A stretch of 64,000 bases of DNA from an uncultured delta proteobacterium (GCA_963767925.1 CAVYGB010000002.1:1280001-1344000); one strand, 5' to 3'; shown: positions 32,868 through 43,271, numbered from the stretch's first letter. Numbers and translations are program-made. Notes: generated by a model not told the origin, from the letters alone.

Positions 32868-33186
32868 GGGGAGGGGAGGGCCCCGGAGTCCACGGCGCTC
32901 GCGTCCGACCTCGACGGCCCGGCCGGGTAAACCAATCGAGTTTCGGGTTGCCAGGTGATCCCGATCGCACAGGACACCCACGCCAAACGTCTCCGTCCCG
33001 CGCCCGTCGCCACGACCGTCGCGCTTCGGCAACCCGCTTGCGTCGACTCCGCCGGCCGGGCTAAGACTCTCCGCGGGAAGATAATCTGTTCCCATCCGCC
33101 AGCGGCGACACCCACTGACTGACAGCACGAAGTCCGTCCGCGCGGCCACCAGCCAGTGATTCACCCCCGCGCTCAAGGAGGCACCT

Positions 33187-34172
33187 TGAATTCCGCACCT
33201 CTTTCTCCCTCGCTTCCCGCACCTCCTGTCGGCCTCAGGTCACTGGCGGGAATCCTCCTGCTCTTCGGTGCTCTGACCTGCTCCCCCGACTACGAGAGCG
33301 GCGTAACCGCTTGTGCGGCCACAGAACCGAAATGCCCGGCGGGGTTCTTCTGCAGCGGCATCCGGTGCTACGCACTCGGCACACCCGGAGTCAACCCCAG
33401 CGGCGAAGGTGGATCGAGCACCGTCGGCACCGGCGGCGCATCCGGCATGGGCGCTGCCCCGGCCACCAGCGGACGCGGCGGCGGATCGAACCCACCACCA
33501 CCGGAGCCCACCGGCTCTGGCGGACGCGGCGGCAGCAGCCTCCCGCCCACCGTCGGCGGGAGCACACCGCCGCCTCCGTCTGGCGGCACGACACAGCCGC
33601 CCGCAACGCCTCCCGGAATGGCCGCCCGCTGCGGAGCCAAAGTCGCGGCGGACACTTGCGACACCTGCATATTCACGATGTGCTGCCCCCAGCTGCAGGG
33701 ATGTTTCGATACGAGGGAGTGCCCCGCCTTCCTCGCCTGCCTCCGGGACTGCAACAACAACGACGTCTGCCTCGAGATGTGCATCCAGAGCAACCCCAAC
33801 GGGGCCCGCCTAGGAACCGACTATCTTCGCTGCCAGGGAAAGTGCTCCAGCCAGTGCGGCGGCGGCTCCGCACCACCAGCAATGCCCCCACCCGGCCAGG
33901 CCCCGCCTGCCATGCCGCCGGGCGCACCCGCCATGTGCGGCGGAGCGTCCGCGACCAGTCCCTGCAGCCAGTGCGGTTTCGCCGGCTGCTGCTCGGAGAT
34001 CCAGACCTGCCTCGGCAACGCCGCCTGCGCGGCCATCGTGAACTGCCTCCCCGACTGCATGAGCGACCAAGCCTGCCGAGACCAGTGCCTGACCACCAAC
34101 TCCGCCGCAGTCCCCCTCTTCAACCGCTTCGCGCAGTGCCTCAGCGACAAGTGCACAAAGGCCTGCAGCTGA
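33187..34172 (+). CDS. Cys-rich lipoprotein with Gly/Pro linker and two copies of a CxxCxxxxCC...C domain
   Basis: SD aaggagg before TTG. Hydrophobic stretch ending ALTC. Duplicated CDTCIFTMCC../CSQCGFAGCC.. modules. Confidence 0.8.
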
Positions 34173-34283
34173 GCTGAACAGCCCCTGTTTCGTTAACCGC
34201 GGTCGAGCGGACGCCCCGGTCGCGCGCGCGACCCCACTACCCCGTCGACCGCGGTCGCGGCCCCGCTTCCGAGCACGGATCAT

Positions 34284-35492
34284 ATGCCCGAAGTCGTCGC
34301 GAACTCTCCTCCGCAAAGGACCACCATGCCTCCTCAGGTCATCTCGTGGCCAGCGTTGACGGTAGCAGCGGGTCTCCTCCTGATCATCCAACCGGCGTGC
34401 TCGGGGACAGACAGCACGGGTGCAGTGGGCACGGTCTCCTGTTCCTGCACGACCACGGGTGCTTGCGATCCCGGCCTGGTCTGTAGATCGAGCCTCTGCG
34501 TGGCCGACAGCCCCGCTGAGGGCAACGGCGCTACCGCCGGCATCACCCCGCCGCCCGAGAGGTCGATGAACGGCCCCCTCGAACCCTACCGAGGGGAGAG
34601 GTTTTCATTCGCCCGGCCCGTGGGGTGGCAGGTCATGGACGGACCTAACAATGGCCAGGACGGAAGGGAGGACAAGATGTTCATTTACCCCGAACCGGCG
34701 AGGGCAGGGGTTGGCTTCATTCGCCTCACCGCCGCGACTGTCCCATGGCACACGAACTCCCAAGCCAACGACCGCCTCGAGTACGTCCTCCGCGCTGGTG
34801 ACCAGACGGCGATCAGGCGACAGAGCTGCTGCACGGTATCCTTCTCCCACTGGTCCATGGCCATCGTCGACACCGGCAAGACCGGCTACAACCGCTTCCT
34901 GATGGTCCTGGCCAACAGCAACCGTCTCGGCTTCGAAAGTACGACTGCCGTCGAATCCCTGATCCAGGTCACCGCCGTCTCGATCGAAAAACTCGAGGAG
35001 GGCGCCCTGTGGATCGCCCTCAACATCGCCCAGAGCGTCGGCCCTCCGAACAGCTCCACCGCGGCGCTCGTTCATGGAACCTGGGAGAGCGTCCAGGGCG
35101 ACGGAACCGACTTCTTCGATGCCAGCGGCACCTTCATCGCAGGTAACACACACGGCGAATATCGCCTGTACAAGTTCCTCCCGAGTCGGCAGTACGAAAT
35201 CACCTCCGCCGTCGCCTTCCAGGGCCCCGTCACGACCAACGAAGCCATCGTCATCGACGAAGCCGGCCGCTACTCCCTGGACAGCGGCGTTCTAGCCCTC
35301 ACCCACCAAACTTGCATCGGGAGACAGTACAAGGACGGCGCCATGACTTTCCGCGGAGCCTGCGGCGAGGGAACGTCACCCTGGATTCTCCGAGTCGAAC
35401 CGCACTCTAACGGAGCCTTCCAGATGACCGGCGTCGCCTTAAACCCCGCCGGCTGGAACCGCCCCCAACTCATTGTTCCGTCGAGGAAGTAA
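34284..35492 (+). CDS. Lipoprotein with Cys-rich N-terminal module and lipocalin-like C-terminal part (paralog of 39637-41661)
   Basis: Signal peptide ending QPAC. SCSCTTTGACDPGLVCRSSLC. LEPYRG, VDTGK.G and GTWES shared with 39637. Confidence 0.75.
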   Translation: MPEVVANSPPQRTTMPPQVISWPALTVAAGLLLIIQPACSGTDSTGAVGTVSCSCTTTGACDPGLVCRSSLCVADSPAEGNGATAGITPPPERSMNGPLEPYRGERFSFARPVGWQVMDGPNNGQDGREDKMFIYPEPARAGVGFIRLTAATVPWHTNSQANDRLEYVLRAGDQTAIRRQSCCTVSFSHWSMAIVDTGKTGYNRFLMVLANSNRLGFESTTAVESLIQVTAVSIEKLEEGALWIALNIAQSVGPPNSSTAALVHGTWESVQGDGTDFFDASGTFIAGNTHGEYRLYKFLPSRQYEITSAVAFQGPVTTNEAIVIDEAGRYSLDSGVLALTHQTCIGRQYKDGAMTFRGACGEGTSPWILRVEPHSNGAFQMTGVALNPAGWNRPQLIVPSRK

Positions 35493-35496
35493 CACG

Positions 35497-35705
35497 TGCC
35501 ATTTCGGTCATCAGGGTTGGTGGTCTCCTCGCTTGCGGGTCTCTTTAACACCATCTTGTGGCTCGACGGTGGGATCGCCGAGGAGCTGGTGCCAGTGCTT
35601 GGGGTCGACCTGGCTGGTCATGATGGTGGCGCGGTTGCCGCAGCGGTCCTCCAGGACCTCGAGCAGGTCGTTCTTCTCGGTCTCACGCGGGGCCGTCAGC
35701 TCGGC
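35497..35705 (-). mobile_element. istB: Degraded IS21-family remnant (istB C-terminal fragment and probable terminal repeat)
   Basis: NDLLEVLEDRCGNRATIMTSQVDPKHWHQLLGDPTV matches the IstB C-terminus. HKMVLK follows in another frame. tgccatttcggtcatc at ~35497 resembles an IS21 end. Confidence 0.75.
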
Positions 35706-35922
35706 AGACATACTCAGCCGTCGAAGAGGGGGCTGTGTCCACACAGGCCCCCGGGCGCCTAAGTCCCTCTCGCCCTCTCGCTCCTCCCACCAATCTTCGG
35801 GGCGTACACGTCTTCGGGGCATACCCGCGGCTCTCGCCTCTTACCGTTCAATCCCGTGAGGGCCGTCGATGCGCCGGCGCCGCTTGTCCACAAAACGCCC
35901 AAAGGAGTGTCGCACAGGCCCC

Positions 35923-35961
35923 GAAAGAAGAGCCCCTGACGGCCAAATGGCGTCAGGGGCT
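35923..35961 (-). terminator. Probable intrinsic terminator of the minus-strand cassette
   Basis: agcccctgac-ggccaaatggc-gtcaggggct hairpin followed on the minus strand by cttctttc. Confidence 0.65.
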
Positions 35962-35983
35962 GGATTCTCTGCCTCTTCGGCCT

Positions 35984-36469
35984 TCAAACTCGAAGATTCT
36001 GCTGAAGAGCTTTGTTGGTCTCGTGCTTCGCCTGGGCCAACTGACTCTGCAGAGTGATTGCACTGTGCCACATCTGCATAGACTCCTGCTGCTTCATCAT
36101 CTCTAGCTGAAAAAGCTTGTTCGGGTCACCCGCCGCCATCTCTTCCAACTTGGCGAATCGGTCTCCGCCTCCACCAAGAGGCCCTTCTAGCTCGCCCCCA
36201 CCGAAACCAGCACCTCCTGCTCCTGCTCCTGCTCCTGCTTGTCCCTGCCGCGACGGTGCTTCCGGCTCGGTCTGGAAGAAACCCTTGGCGGCCTCTTTGA
36301 GGTTCGGCGCGACGTCGACTACGTCCTGCGCCAGCCCGAGCCAATTTCCCGTCGCGGCGTTAACGACTCCGCTCGCGATGTCGCCCACGCCTTCGGGAAA
36401 TCCAAGGGCGTCAAAAACGCCTTCCGCTACGCTACCGAGGCCGCCGGTGATCTTGTCCAAAAAGCCCAT
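35984..36469 (-). CDS. Small Gly-rich protein with T3SS needle/inner-rod (SctF/SctI)-like C-terminal helix
   Basis: SD gaggga. No signal peptide. C-terminus DPNKLFQLEMMKQQESMQMWHSAITLQSQLAQAKHETNKALQQNLRV resembles the ..P..L...Q......S...K..HD..K.I..N.R pattern. Confidence 0.6.
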   Translation of the reverse strand: MGFLDKITGGLGSVAEGVFDALGFPEGVGDIASGVVNAATGNWLGLAQDVVDVAPNLKEAAKGFFQTEPEAPSRQGQAGAGAGAGGAGFGGGELEGPLGGGGDRFAKLEEMAAGDPNKLFQLEMMKQQESMQMWHSAITLQSQLAQAKHETNKALQQNLRV

Positions 36470-36511
36470 TTTTATCTCCCTCTATTCGACTTTCGTTTTG
36501 TCCAATCGACG

Positions 36512-36871
36512 CTACTGAGAGGCGTTCTGCTTGGCCTCTTGAACCGCTCGAGCAAACTGAAGCAGCTCTTCTCTCATCTTGCGAATGTTCTCGTTCGCCG
36601 GATCGATACCGTGTGCCGTCTCCAACAGGACCAACGCTTCCTTGAACTGGTTCTGCTTCCGAAGCATCGTCGCATAGAGGCCGAGCGACCAAGCATCCTT
36701 GCTCTCAACGGCCAGAACCCCTTTCAACAGCTTCTGAGCGTCCTCGTACCGTTCCGCCTGGTATAAGTTGTACGCTGTCTGACGCATTTCTTGGAGAAGC
36801 GCGGGGGGAGCATCTACGACGTCCTTGACCGTCAGTGCACCCCAGGCGGGCTGTTCGCGAGCGTTGTCCAT
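36512..36871 (-). CDS. Small TPR protein resembling SycD/LcrH/IpgC-type T3SS chaperones
   Basis: 119 aa, SD aagga. TVKDVVD.P..LLQEM..AYNLYQAERYEDAQKLLKGVLAVESKDAWSLGLYA..RKQNQFKEAL..DP.N. Confidence 0.7.
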   Translation of the reverse strand: MDNAREQPAWGALTVKDVVDAPPALLQEMRQTAYNLYQAERYEDAQKLLKGVLAVESKDAWSLGLYATMLRKQNQFKEALVLLETAHGIDPANENIRKMREELLQFARAVQEAKQNASQ

Positions 36872-37010
36872 TGCCTTGTCCTTTCGTTCCGTTCCGTTCC
36901 TGAAAGCCAGTCCCTTATCGGGCCGGCCGGCGGACAGTTGCGTGTGCGAAGAGGACGGATGCCGAATATTTCGTCCCTTCTCGCAACCCCCTGTAACCCT
37001 TGAGTTTACC

Positions 37011-38675
37011 TCAACCTCCGGCCGAACAAAAACGCCCAAGCCGCCTGGCCAGCCGTAACTGTTCTCCAGCACGCTTGGCGCTCATGAGATTGAGCACATG
37101 CCGCTGCATCTCGAGGAGTGCGTCCCGGTGACCCCCCTTGACATCGCCCTCAAGTCCTGCTGTGAGACCGCGTAGAGCGGGCCCCAGTTCTCCCCTGCGG
37201 ATGAACGTGTAAGCAAGATTCAGATTTGTCTGCGGATCCGAAGGATCAATCCCCTGCGCGCAAACATAAGCCTCATGCGCCTCCCCGAACCGCGCTAGCG
37301 AATAGAGGAGGTCCCCACGAATGTTCCAAAGCCAGGCGCTGTACCAACGATTCAGACGCAGCGCCGCCCCGACCCACTCCAGTCCCAAATCCCGCTCCTC
37401 CGCCTGATTGGCAACCATCGCTGCCTCACCGAGCAGCGCCCAGTCTCTAGGACTCTCCAACAACGCCGCGCGATAAGACTCGAGCCCTTCTCTTAGTCGT
37501 CCCATCTTCAGGTTCTCCCGAGACCGCCTCAATGATAGGGCACGCCGCCGGCCAGACGCGGAGTCAAAAAGCCTCCCGAACGCCAAGGCTGTCAATCGCA
37601 ACTCTCGACGGGTGACGAGCCTGGAGTGAACCGCTTGCTCATCGTCTCCTACAGGACTCGATACGGTCAACGCCTGTCCGACCAACGTGTCTTCCAGCAC
37701 AGGGAAATTCACACCCATCGCCGAGGTAACACCAAAGCGCTCGGCCGTGAGTGGTCGCCCCGACGAGGACGACCGCGTGACACCGTAGTCGTTGATGAGA
37801 ATGAAACCATCATCGGATATAGCCTGCGCGACTCCCGACAGATACTCGAACGCTCCGAAATTCCATGCAGCAGCTTCGCCCTCGCGAAGGTCCGTTGCCA
37901 GCCGAGAAACCCCGGGGATCTGGCCAACACCGTCGACCCGAAAATCCATCTGATAGTCAAAAAGCGTGAGAAGCGGGAACAGCTTCTCGAGGTCCTGAGA
38001 GTCACCCGATACGGCGACGGCTCTAATGTCATCGACACACATTCCAGTAAAGGACCGAACTACCTCTGAGTCGTCTATCAACTCGGTGCGAATGCAGAGT
38101 TGCTCGATAACACCAGCAGTGGTCTTACGCACCAACGCCGCCGGAAGAACACACAGAAGATAGTTGCAGAAAACAGCGCGAACGCCGGTCTCAACCCTCA
38201 ATACGCTCCGAGCATCGGCCAAGTGAGCCCGCACATGGCCTCGATGACTCTCAAACAACTTCATCTTCCCCCATTGTTCAAGAGTCGCCGGAGAACCATC
38301 GGTCACGACGAACTGAAGACGCTCGTAGAAATCCTCTTGGGCGTCATCACAGAGGGCCCGGAACGCGTCCAAAAAGTGAAGTGCAAAGAGACCAGTGCCT
38401 GCACCGTGTTCCACCACCGTGATCACTCCACTTGGCCTCGTTTCCCGAAGGTTCGCTAGAAGCAGACGTGCCGCATCCTCGGAAAGACGGCCGCTGTTGT
38501 TAACCCGATAGGGAACCTCTTTCCGGATGAAGGGTTTCACGCCTTCCAGGCGCCAGTAGAGCTCAGAAACTCGCCATTCGAGACACTCGCTTATGGGTCG
38601 AAAATCCTCGATGAGTCGAGCGCCGCGAGGGTCCTCCACCCGCTGCGGGCCCCTACATTTCGCCTCCATTGTCAT
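37011..38675 (-). CDS. SAM-dependent methyltransferase (MidA/NDUFAF7-like) with C-terminal TPR repeats
   Basis: VVEHGAGTGLFA (motif I), FVVTDGS, FCNYLLCVLP, GFILINDYG, VNF. The C-terminal ~170 aa are TPRs (WLWNIRGDLLY..AYVCAQGIDPSDP..NLAY). Confidence 0.78.
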   Translation of the reverse strand: MTMEAKCRGPQRVEDPRGARLIEDFRPISECLEWRVSELYWRLEGVKPFIRKEVPYRVNNSGRLSEDAARLLLANLRETRPSGVITVVEHGAGTGLFALHFLDAFRALCDDAQEDFYERLQFVVTDGSPATLEQWGKMKLFESHRGHVRAHLADARSVLRVETGVRAVFCNYLLCVLPAALVRKTTAGVIEQLCIRTELIDDSEVVRSFTGMCVDDIRAVAVSGDSQDLEKLFPLLTLFDYQMDFRVDGVGQIPGVSRLATDLREGEAAAWNFGAFEYLSGVAQAISDDGFILINDYGVTRSSSSGRPLTAERFGVTSAMGVNFPVLEDTLVGQALTVSSPVGDDEQAVHSRLVTRRELRLTALAFGRLFDSASGRRRALSLRRSRENLKMGRLREGLESYRAALLESPRDWALLGEAAMVANQAEERDLGLEWVGAALRLNRWYSAWLWNIRGDLLYSLARFGEAHEAYVCAQGIDPSDPQTNLNLAYTFIRRGELGPALRGLTAGLEGDVKGGHRDALLEMQRHVLNLMSAKRAGEQLRLARRLGRFCSAGG

Positions 38676-38860
38676 TTCACCTCGCTCTCCTCTCGTCGGG
38701 CCGGCACGCGTCGCGCCGCGCTCTTCATGTGAGCTGCCTCGTCAGGACACTACACCAGCCCAGCGTGTCATTAAGCCTTGACTTGTGTCGTGCGCCAGGA
38801 TATTCGAAGAGGCCCGGAAACGCGCCACTTCTCTTCACCGCTCCACTGCGAGGAATGGAA

Positions 38861-39640
38861 ATGTCTACAGCTCTAGGGACGAGATGTACGGCTCTGCTTG
38901 CGATCGCGTGCGTCGCCACCCTCCCATCGATCGCCCAAGGACAGTACGCAGGGCCCGACGGCTATCTTTGGAACAACCCCGTGTCAGCCTCAGCGGCGCT
39001 ATTTATCCAGCAGAGCATCATGTCTGAGACCATGGGTTTGGGCGCCAATGCCAAGCAGCGCCTTCTAGGAGACACGGCTAAGCGCCGCAGTCCTTCCTCC
39101 CATCGCCAACCAGGCGGTACGACAGCATTTACGCCGAGACGCCATACCGTTCTGGACCAATTCACAGGCACCCGAAGAGACCAAGCAACCAAACTCTTGG
39201 ACGACTGTCAAAAGGTGTATGCCAAAACCTTAGCGCTGACAGGAGCGGCCCAGCCCTCCGAACTCAATGACCTCTCAACTTCGACCGCCTTCTACTTCAT
39301 CATCGCTCACTATATCTATTGGCAGGGTCAATCCCAGGTTCCTGCGGACCCTCAGCCCGCGCATTTTCAGACTCTCCGAAACAAACTCCGCGTCCGGTAT
39401 GTCTCCAACGGAAGTATGATTGGTAAGAGCGACACCGAAAAGCAAGCCGCTCACGACAGCTTGGTTCTTTCCGCTTGCATACCCATGGTGCAATTCACTC
39501 AGGCCAAGAAGGCGAACAGCGAGCCAGGCAAACAAACGGCGCGAAAGGCCGCCGCAGACCTGCTAACCAGGCTCGGTCTTTCTCCGAATGCGATGCGATT
39601 TCAGCCCGACGGTACCGTCCTCATTCGTGGTATCGATTGA
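38861..39640 (+). CDS. Secreted hypothetical protein (DUF6683-like)
   Basis: Signal peptide ..SIAQG-QY. GYLWNNPVS, NDLSTSTAFY, KSDTEKQ. SD gagga. Confidence 0.6.
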   Translation: MSTALGTRCTALLAIACVATLPSIAQGQYAGPDGYLWNNPVSASAALFIQQSIMSETMGLGANAKQRLLGDTAKRRSPSSHRQPGGTTAFTPRRHTVLDQFTGTRRDQATKLLDDCQKVYAKTLALTGAAQPSELNDLSTSTAFYFIIAHYIYWQGQSQVPADPQPAHFQTLRNKLRVRYVSNGSMIGKSDTEKQAAHDSLVLSACIPMVQFTQAKKANSEPGKQTARKAAADLLTRLGLSPNAMRFQPDGTVLIRGID

Positions 39641-41661
39641 AACCCCTTCTGCCCTCTCGGATAGCGGCGATCGGACCCCGAGTCTTCGTCACTCTGGCGT
39701 TGGCGGCATTTTCGGCTGGCTGCCCGGGACCGGGAGAACGTTGCACCTTGGGCACCGACGGTTGCGCCTGCACATCATCGCTGACCTGCGATCTGGGCTT
39801 GGTCTGTGCGTCCCAGGTCTGCCGGGGCCCTTCCCCGGGGGCCGCCGCAGGAAGTAGCGCCGACTCCGTATCACTCGAGCCGTTCAGGGCACCGGATATC
39901 ACATTCGCGAAGCCGAAGGGCCTGCTTCGGAAGGGTAACGATGCTCGCGTCTACGTCTTCGAGGCACCGAATCTGGACGAGGCCCCCATCACGGGGTTTC
40001 AGGTCGGTTACCTGGGACACATCCGCTCCTCGCAGGTTCCATCTGCCCTTCAGGTGCTAGAGAAGGTCATCACGAGCGAAAAGCTCACGTCCGTCGGGAC
40101 ACCGGCGTCTTCGCCTGAATACGCCACCTCGCTGGTGGATACCGGAAAGCCCGGTCCTTTTCGGTATGCTCGGATATCAGCGCTACGTCACTGGAAACTC
40201 GTTAGCGAAGGCGTCGCCGCTGTCCACCAGCCCCCTCCGCTCTCCCTAGACCTTCTGCTCCTTCAGATCAGCTTTCCAGACTCGGAGATCGACGAGAAGC
40301 TCAAGCTTCCGTACCTCCTCAAATCCATCGCGTGGGGCGTGGCCTTGCCGCCCGACACCCTTTCTCTGGACGAGCTATCGGGTACCTGGGAGAGCTCCAG
40401 TGGTGGTTTCCCCAGCGACGCCTTCACTTCGGAAGGTATCTACACCGGGTCCTTCCAGTCAGGGAGCCTCTTCCGAATTGCTCTCGATCAAACATGGACC
40501 TACGACCTCCTCACCTCCTTCTCTGTAAGCTGTGCCGGCGTCCCTGGCTGTGTCCTCGAGGGAATCGCCACGACAAGCAGTCGAGGGCGCTATCTGGCGG
40601 AGGGCGGCACGATCACCTTCGAGCCTTCCCGCTGCCAGTATCGTTTCTACGACAGGAACGTCCAGCTGAAGACGATGGCGGGATGTTCGCCGGACATGCT
40701 GCCAGCTACCTTGCGCATGGGCCGCGGTCCGCGAGGCGGGTTGTCCGTCGGCGGCCTTGGTACCGTCCCGGTGAACGCCGACCAGCAGAAACTCCTCCAC
40801 GCTGCCAGGAAGGGCGGGCCAGGCGGCACCTGGGACGCTCCAGTTGAAGGCCCTCCTCGTCCCGTCGATGAGACCTTCAATATCTGCGGCCTCTCCGAGA
40901 GTGAGCCGAACGATGAGCCGACCCAAGCCACCCCGGTGGTCGCGCAGCAGCGAGGATGTCTCCCGACCAGCCAGGACGTCGACCTCTTCCGCGCAACCGC
41001 CCCGGCCTCTGATCTCGGGGGCGGCTACTACGAAGGCTCGCTCTCCAGCGTCAACGCGCTCAGCCTGGAGGTTTATCCAGGAGCAGACCTTTCCGCTTCG
41101 AATCGTCTCTTGGCTGCCAGTACAGGGCGTGGTGATCGGACGTACTTCTACTGGCCAGGTGCCCCCGGTCAGACCTACACGTTGCGATTGAACACCGCTT
41201 CGCGCTCCTGGTGTGCCTACGACCTCGACATCGCCTACCACAAGGTAGACGACGCTTTCGAGGTCAACGACACTATCGACCAAGCCACCCCGATTGCCGT
41301 CGGTTCCCCCGTCGACGCCTTCTTCTTTGCCGGCAAGCGCCCGGGCACGCCGCCGATAAACTACGAGGACTGGTACTCTTTTCAGCTCCATCCTGGGCTG
41401 GCGACCATCCGCATCGATGTCCCGGCCGATATCGCTGCCGGAGTGAAGGTCATCGGTCCCTCCGGTTCGGGGCCGGAGCGCTATGTCTTCAACTCGTCTC
41501 CTGGCGAAGACTACCTCCTCGCCGGCTTCACGGTCATGACTTCGGGCACCTACCGGGTGAGGCTCACCTATGTCCCGGCCCCCGGGGGAGTGGCCATCGT
41601 AAGAGGGATGGTTCCCCCGAGCTTTACGACACCGTACCGCCTCCTGGTGACCCAGCCTTGA
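39637..41661 (+). CDS. Lipoprotein with Cys-rich N-terminal module, shared middle domain and two PPC-like (pre-peptidase C-terminal) domains
   Basis: TTG start overlapping the upstream stop. Lipobox SAGC. CTLGTDGCACTSSLTCDLGLVCASQVC. ESEPND..AT..DVDLF and DDAFEVNDT..AT..EDWY. Confidence 0.75.
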   Translation: MKPLLPSRIAAIGPRVFVTLALAAFSAGCPGPGERCTLGTDGCACTSSLTCDLGLVCASQVCRGPSPGAAAGSSADSVSLEPFRAPDITFAKPKGLLRKGNDARVYVFEAPNLDEAPITGFQVGYLGHIRSSQVPSALQVLEKVITSEKLTSVGTPASSPEYATSLVDTGKPGPFRYARISALRHWKLVSEGVAAVHQPPPLSLDLLLLQISFPDSEIDEKLKLPYLLKSIAWGVALPPDTLSLDELSGTWESSSGGFPSDAFTSEGIYTGSFQSGSLFRIALDQTWTYDLLTSFSVSCAGVPGCVLEGIATTSSRGRYLAEGGTITFEPSRCQYRFYDRNVQLKTMAGCSPDMLPATLRMGRGPRGGLSVGGLGTVPVNADQQKLLHAARKGGPGGTWDAPVEGPPRPVDETFNICGLSESEPNDEPTQATPVVAQQRGCLPTSQDVDLFRATAPASDLGGGYYEGSLSSVNALSLEVYPGADLSASNRLLAASTGRGDRTYFYWPGAPGQTYTLRLNTASRSWCAYDLDIAYHKVDDAFEVNDTIDQATPIAVGSPVDAFFFAGKRPGTPPINYEDWYSFQLHPGLATIRIDVPADIAAGVKVIGPSGSGPERYVFNSSPGEDYLLAGFTVMTSGTYRVRLTYVPAPGGVAIVRGMVPPSFTTPYRLLVTQP

Positions 41662-41829
41662 CGTTCAGGTGCACGGCACTGGCTTTTGAGAGCGCCCCTC
41701 TGGTCAAACAGTGCAAGAGCGTGTTCGACTCTAACGGGCCTCCTTCAGTCTTCCCTCTCCCTCACGGTCTCGATGTCGAAACAGCCCGGGTGAATACCGG
41801 GTGTGCCGCGTGAGGCGCGTCCGCTTCAT

Positions 41830-43122
41830 TCACCACCGGGGTTGCACGTTGTTTCCAGAAGTCGTCAGCTGATCCAGTGTCCCGGTCGCGGGATCGATGG
41901 CGAACAGGTCGGCCCTCGGAGGTTCCCCGATGGCCATCCCGACCACGGCGCGTCCGTCCCCGACGACGGTCACCCACAGGACATCGCTGACGTCGTTCGT
42001 TGGCCGCAGGATCACGTTCATCTGGCCGCTGACACGATCCCAGACCGCAAGCCCGGCCCGGCGTCCCGACTGACCGCCCGCCTTGTATTCAAACTCCGCG
42101 ACCACCAGCGCACCCGAGCCATCTTTGAGCCATGCCGGCGTTTCGCTGCCGATCAAGAGAGGCGAGGCCGTCGTGCGGTCCGCCGCCACCAGCCGCTGTT
42201 GCTCGACGGGCGTCGTGCTCCATTCGTACAGGCCTGCCTCCGTCGAACCCGCGCAGATCTTCTCCACTACCAGCATGGACTGTCCGCTCGGACTGGGGGC
42301 CGGATGGCCGCTCACCTGGCAGGAGGGGTGCAGCTTGAACTGGAGGCTTCCCTCCGACAGAGACGCGAACCTTCTGCCCTCCGGCGGCAATAGGTCCAGT
42401 CGGTCGCTCCGCGATCCACTCGGTCAGCACCTGAAAAAAGAGCGTCTTCCCGTCTGCCGACCACGCGGGGGCGTTGACCGCCGTATGGAAGCCGCGCAGC
42501 CTGCAGCGCCCGGACATGCAGATCTCGTCTCCGGGGCAGGTCGAGCTGTTCGCACACATCTCTCCTGATCCGTTCCCCGTCGTGAACGGCGGGGTGAACC
42601 GGACGAACTGTTTTCCGTCCACGCTCACCGCCCAGATCGCTCCGGTGGGGAATCCTGCCGACAGGTCAGCTTGCGACGGACGAAAGCTGCTGGAGGCGAA
42701 CGCGATCGCCTTCCGATCCGGCGAGACGGCCATGCCTTTGATCCTCGAGCCACGGCCAACGTTGTCATCGAGCTGGCTGATCAGTCGCTCCTGCCGCGTG
42801 CTCAGGTTGTAGGAATAGAGATGAGACACCAAGGGCGCCTCTGTCCCCCCCTTTTGATCAGCTTCTCGAACACCACCTCGTCCGCCGGTAGGGGTTCGAC
42901 TGCGTTCCCACCCCCCTGCGTAGGCCCTCCCGGAGGCTCACCAGCACTGCTGCTCCCGGAGGGTCCCAAGCACCGACCTTCCACGCACATCCGGCCAAGA
43001 TCACAGAGACCCGCGCTCGTACACGTACAGCTCTCGGTGCCGACGGCGCACTCCTCACCGGAGTCGGGACAGCCACTGGCCAACCCTCCAAGTAACGCGA
43101 GAATCAACAGCTTCGTCCGCAT
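41830..43122 (-). CDS. Lipoprotein with Cys-rich N-terminal module and TolB/PD40-like propeller; frameshifts near 42850 and 42405 (error or pseudogene)
   Basis: Lipobox ASGC. CAVGTESCTCTSAGLCDLGRMCVEGRC. AVSPDRKAIAF, PAWSADGKTLFF, PAPSPSG, QLTTSGNNVQPRW, spread over three frames. Confidence 0.7.
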
Positions 43123-43271
43123 GAAGAGCTCCTCGTCCGTCTACGCGTTGAATGCGGCCCGGCCGCAGGCTGCCAGGCTACCATCAGTTGGCCCCACCAG
43201 ACGCCAAGCATTGACACGCTCTGTTCTGCCCGGATAGACAGTCTCTGCCTCATGCCGATCTGGATGCGCGG

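Noticed and set aside
35884..35892. DnaA-box-like TTGTCCACA suggesting oriC
   Set aside because: Isolated copy beside an IS remnant, with no box cluster, AT-rich unwinding element or dnaA.
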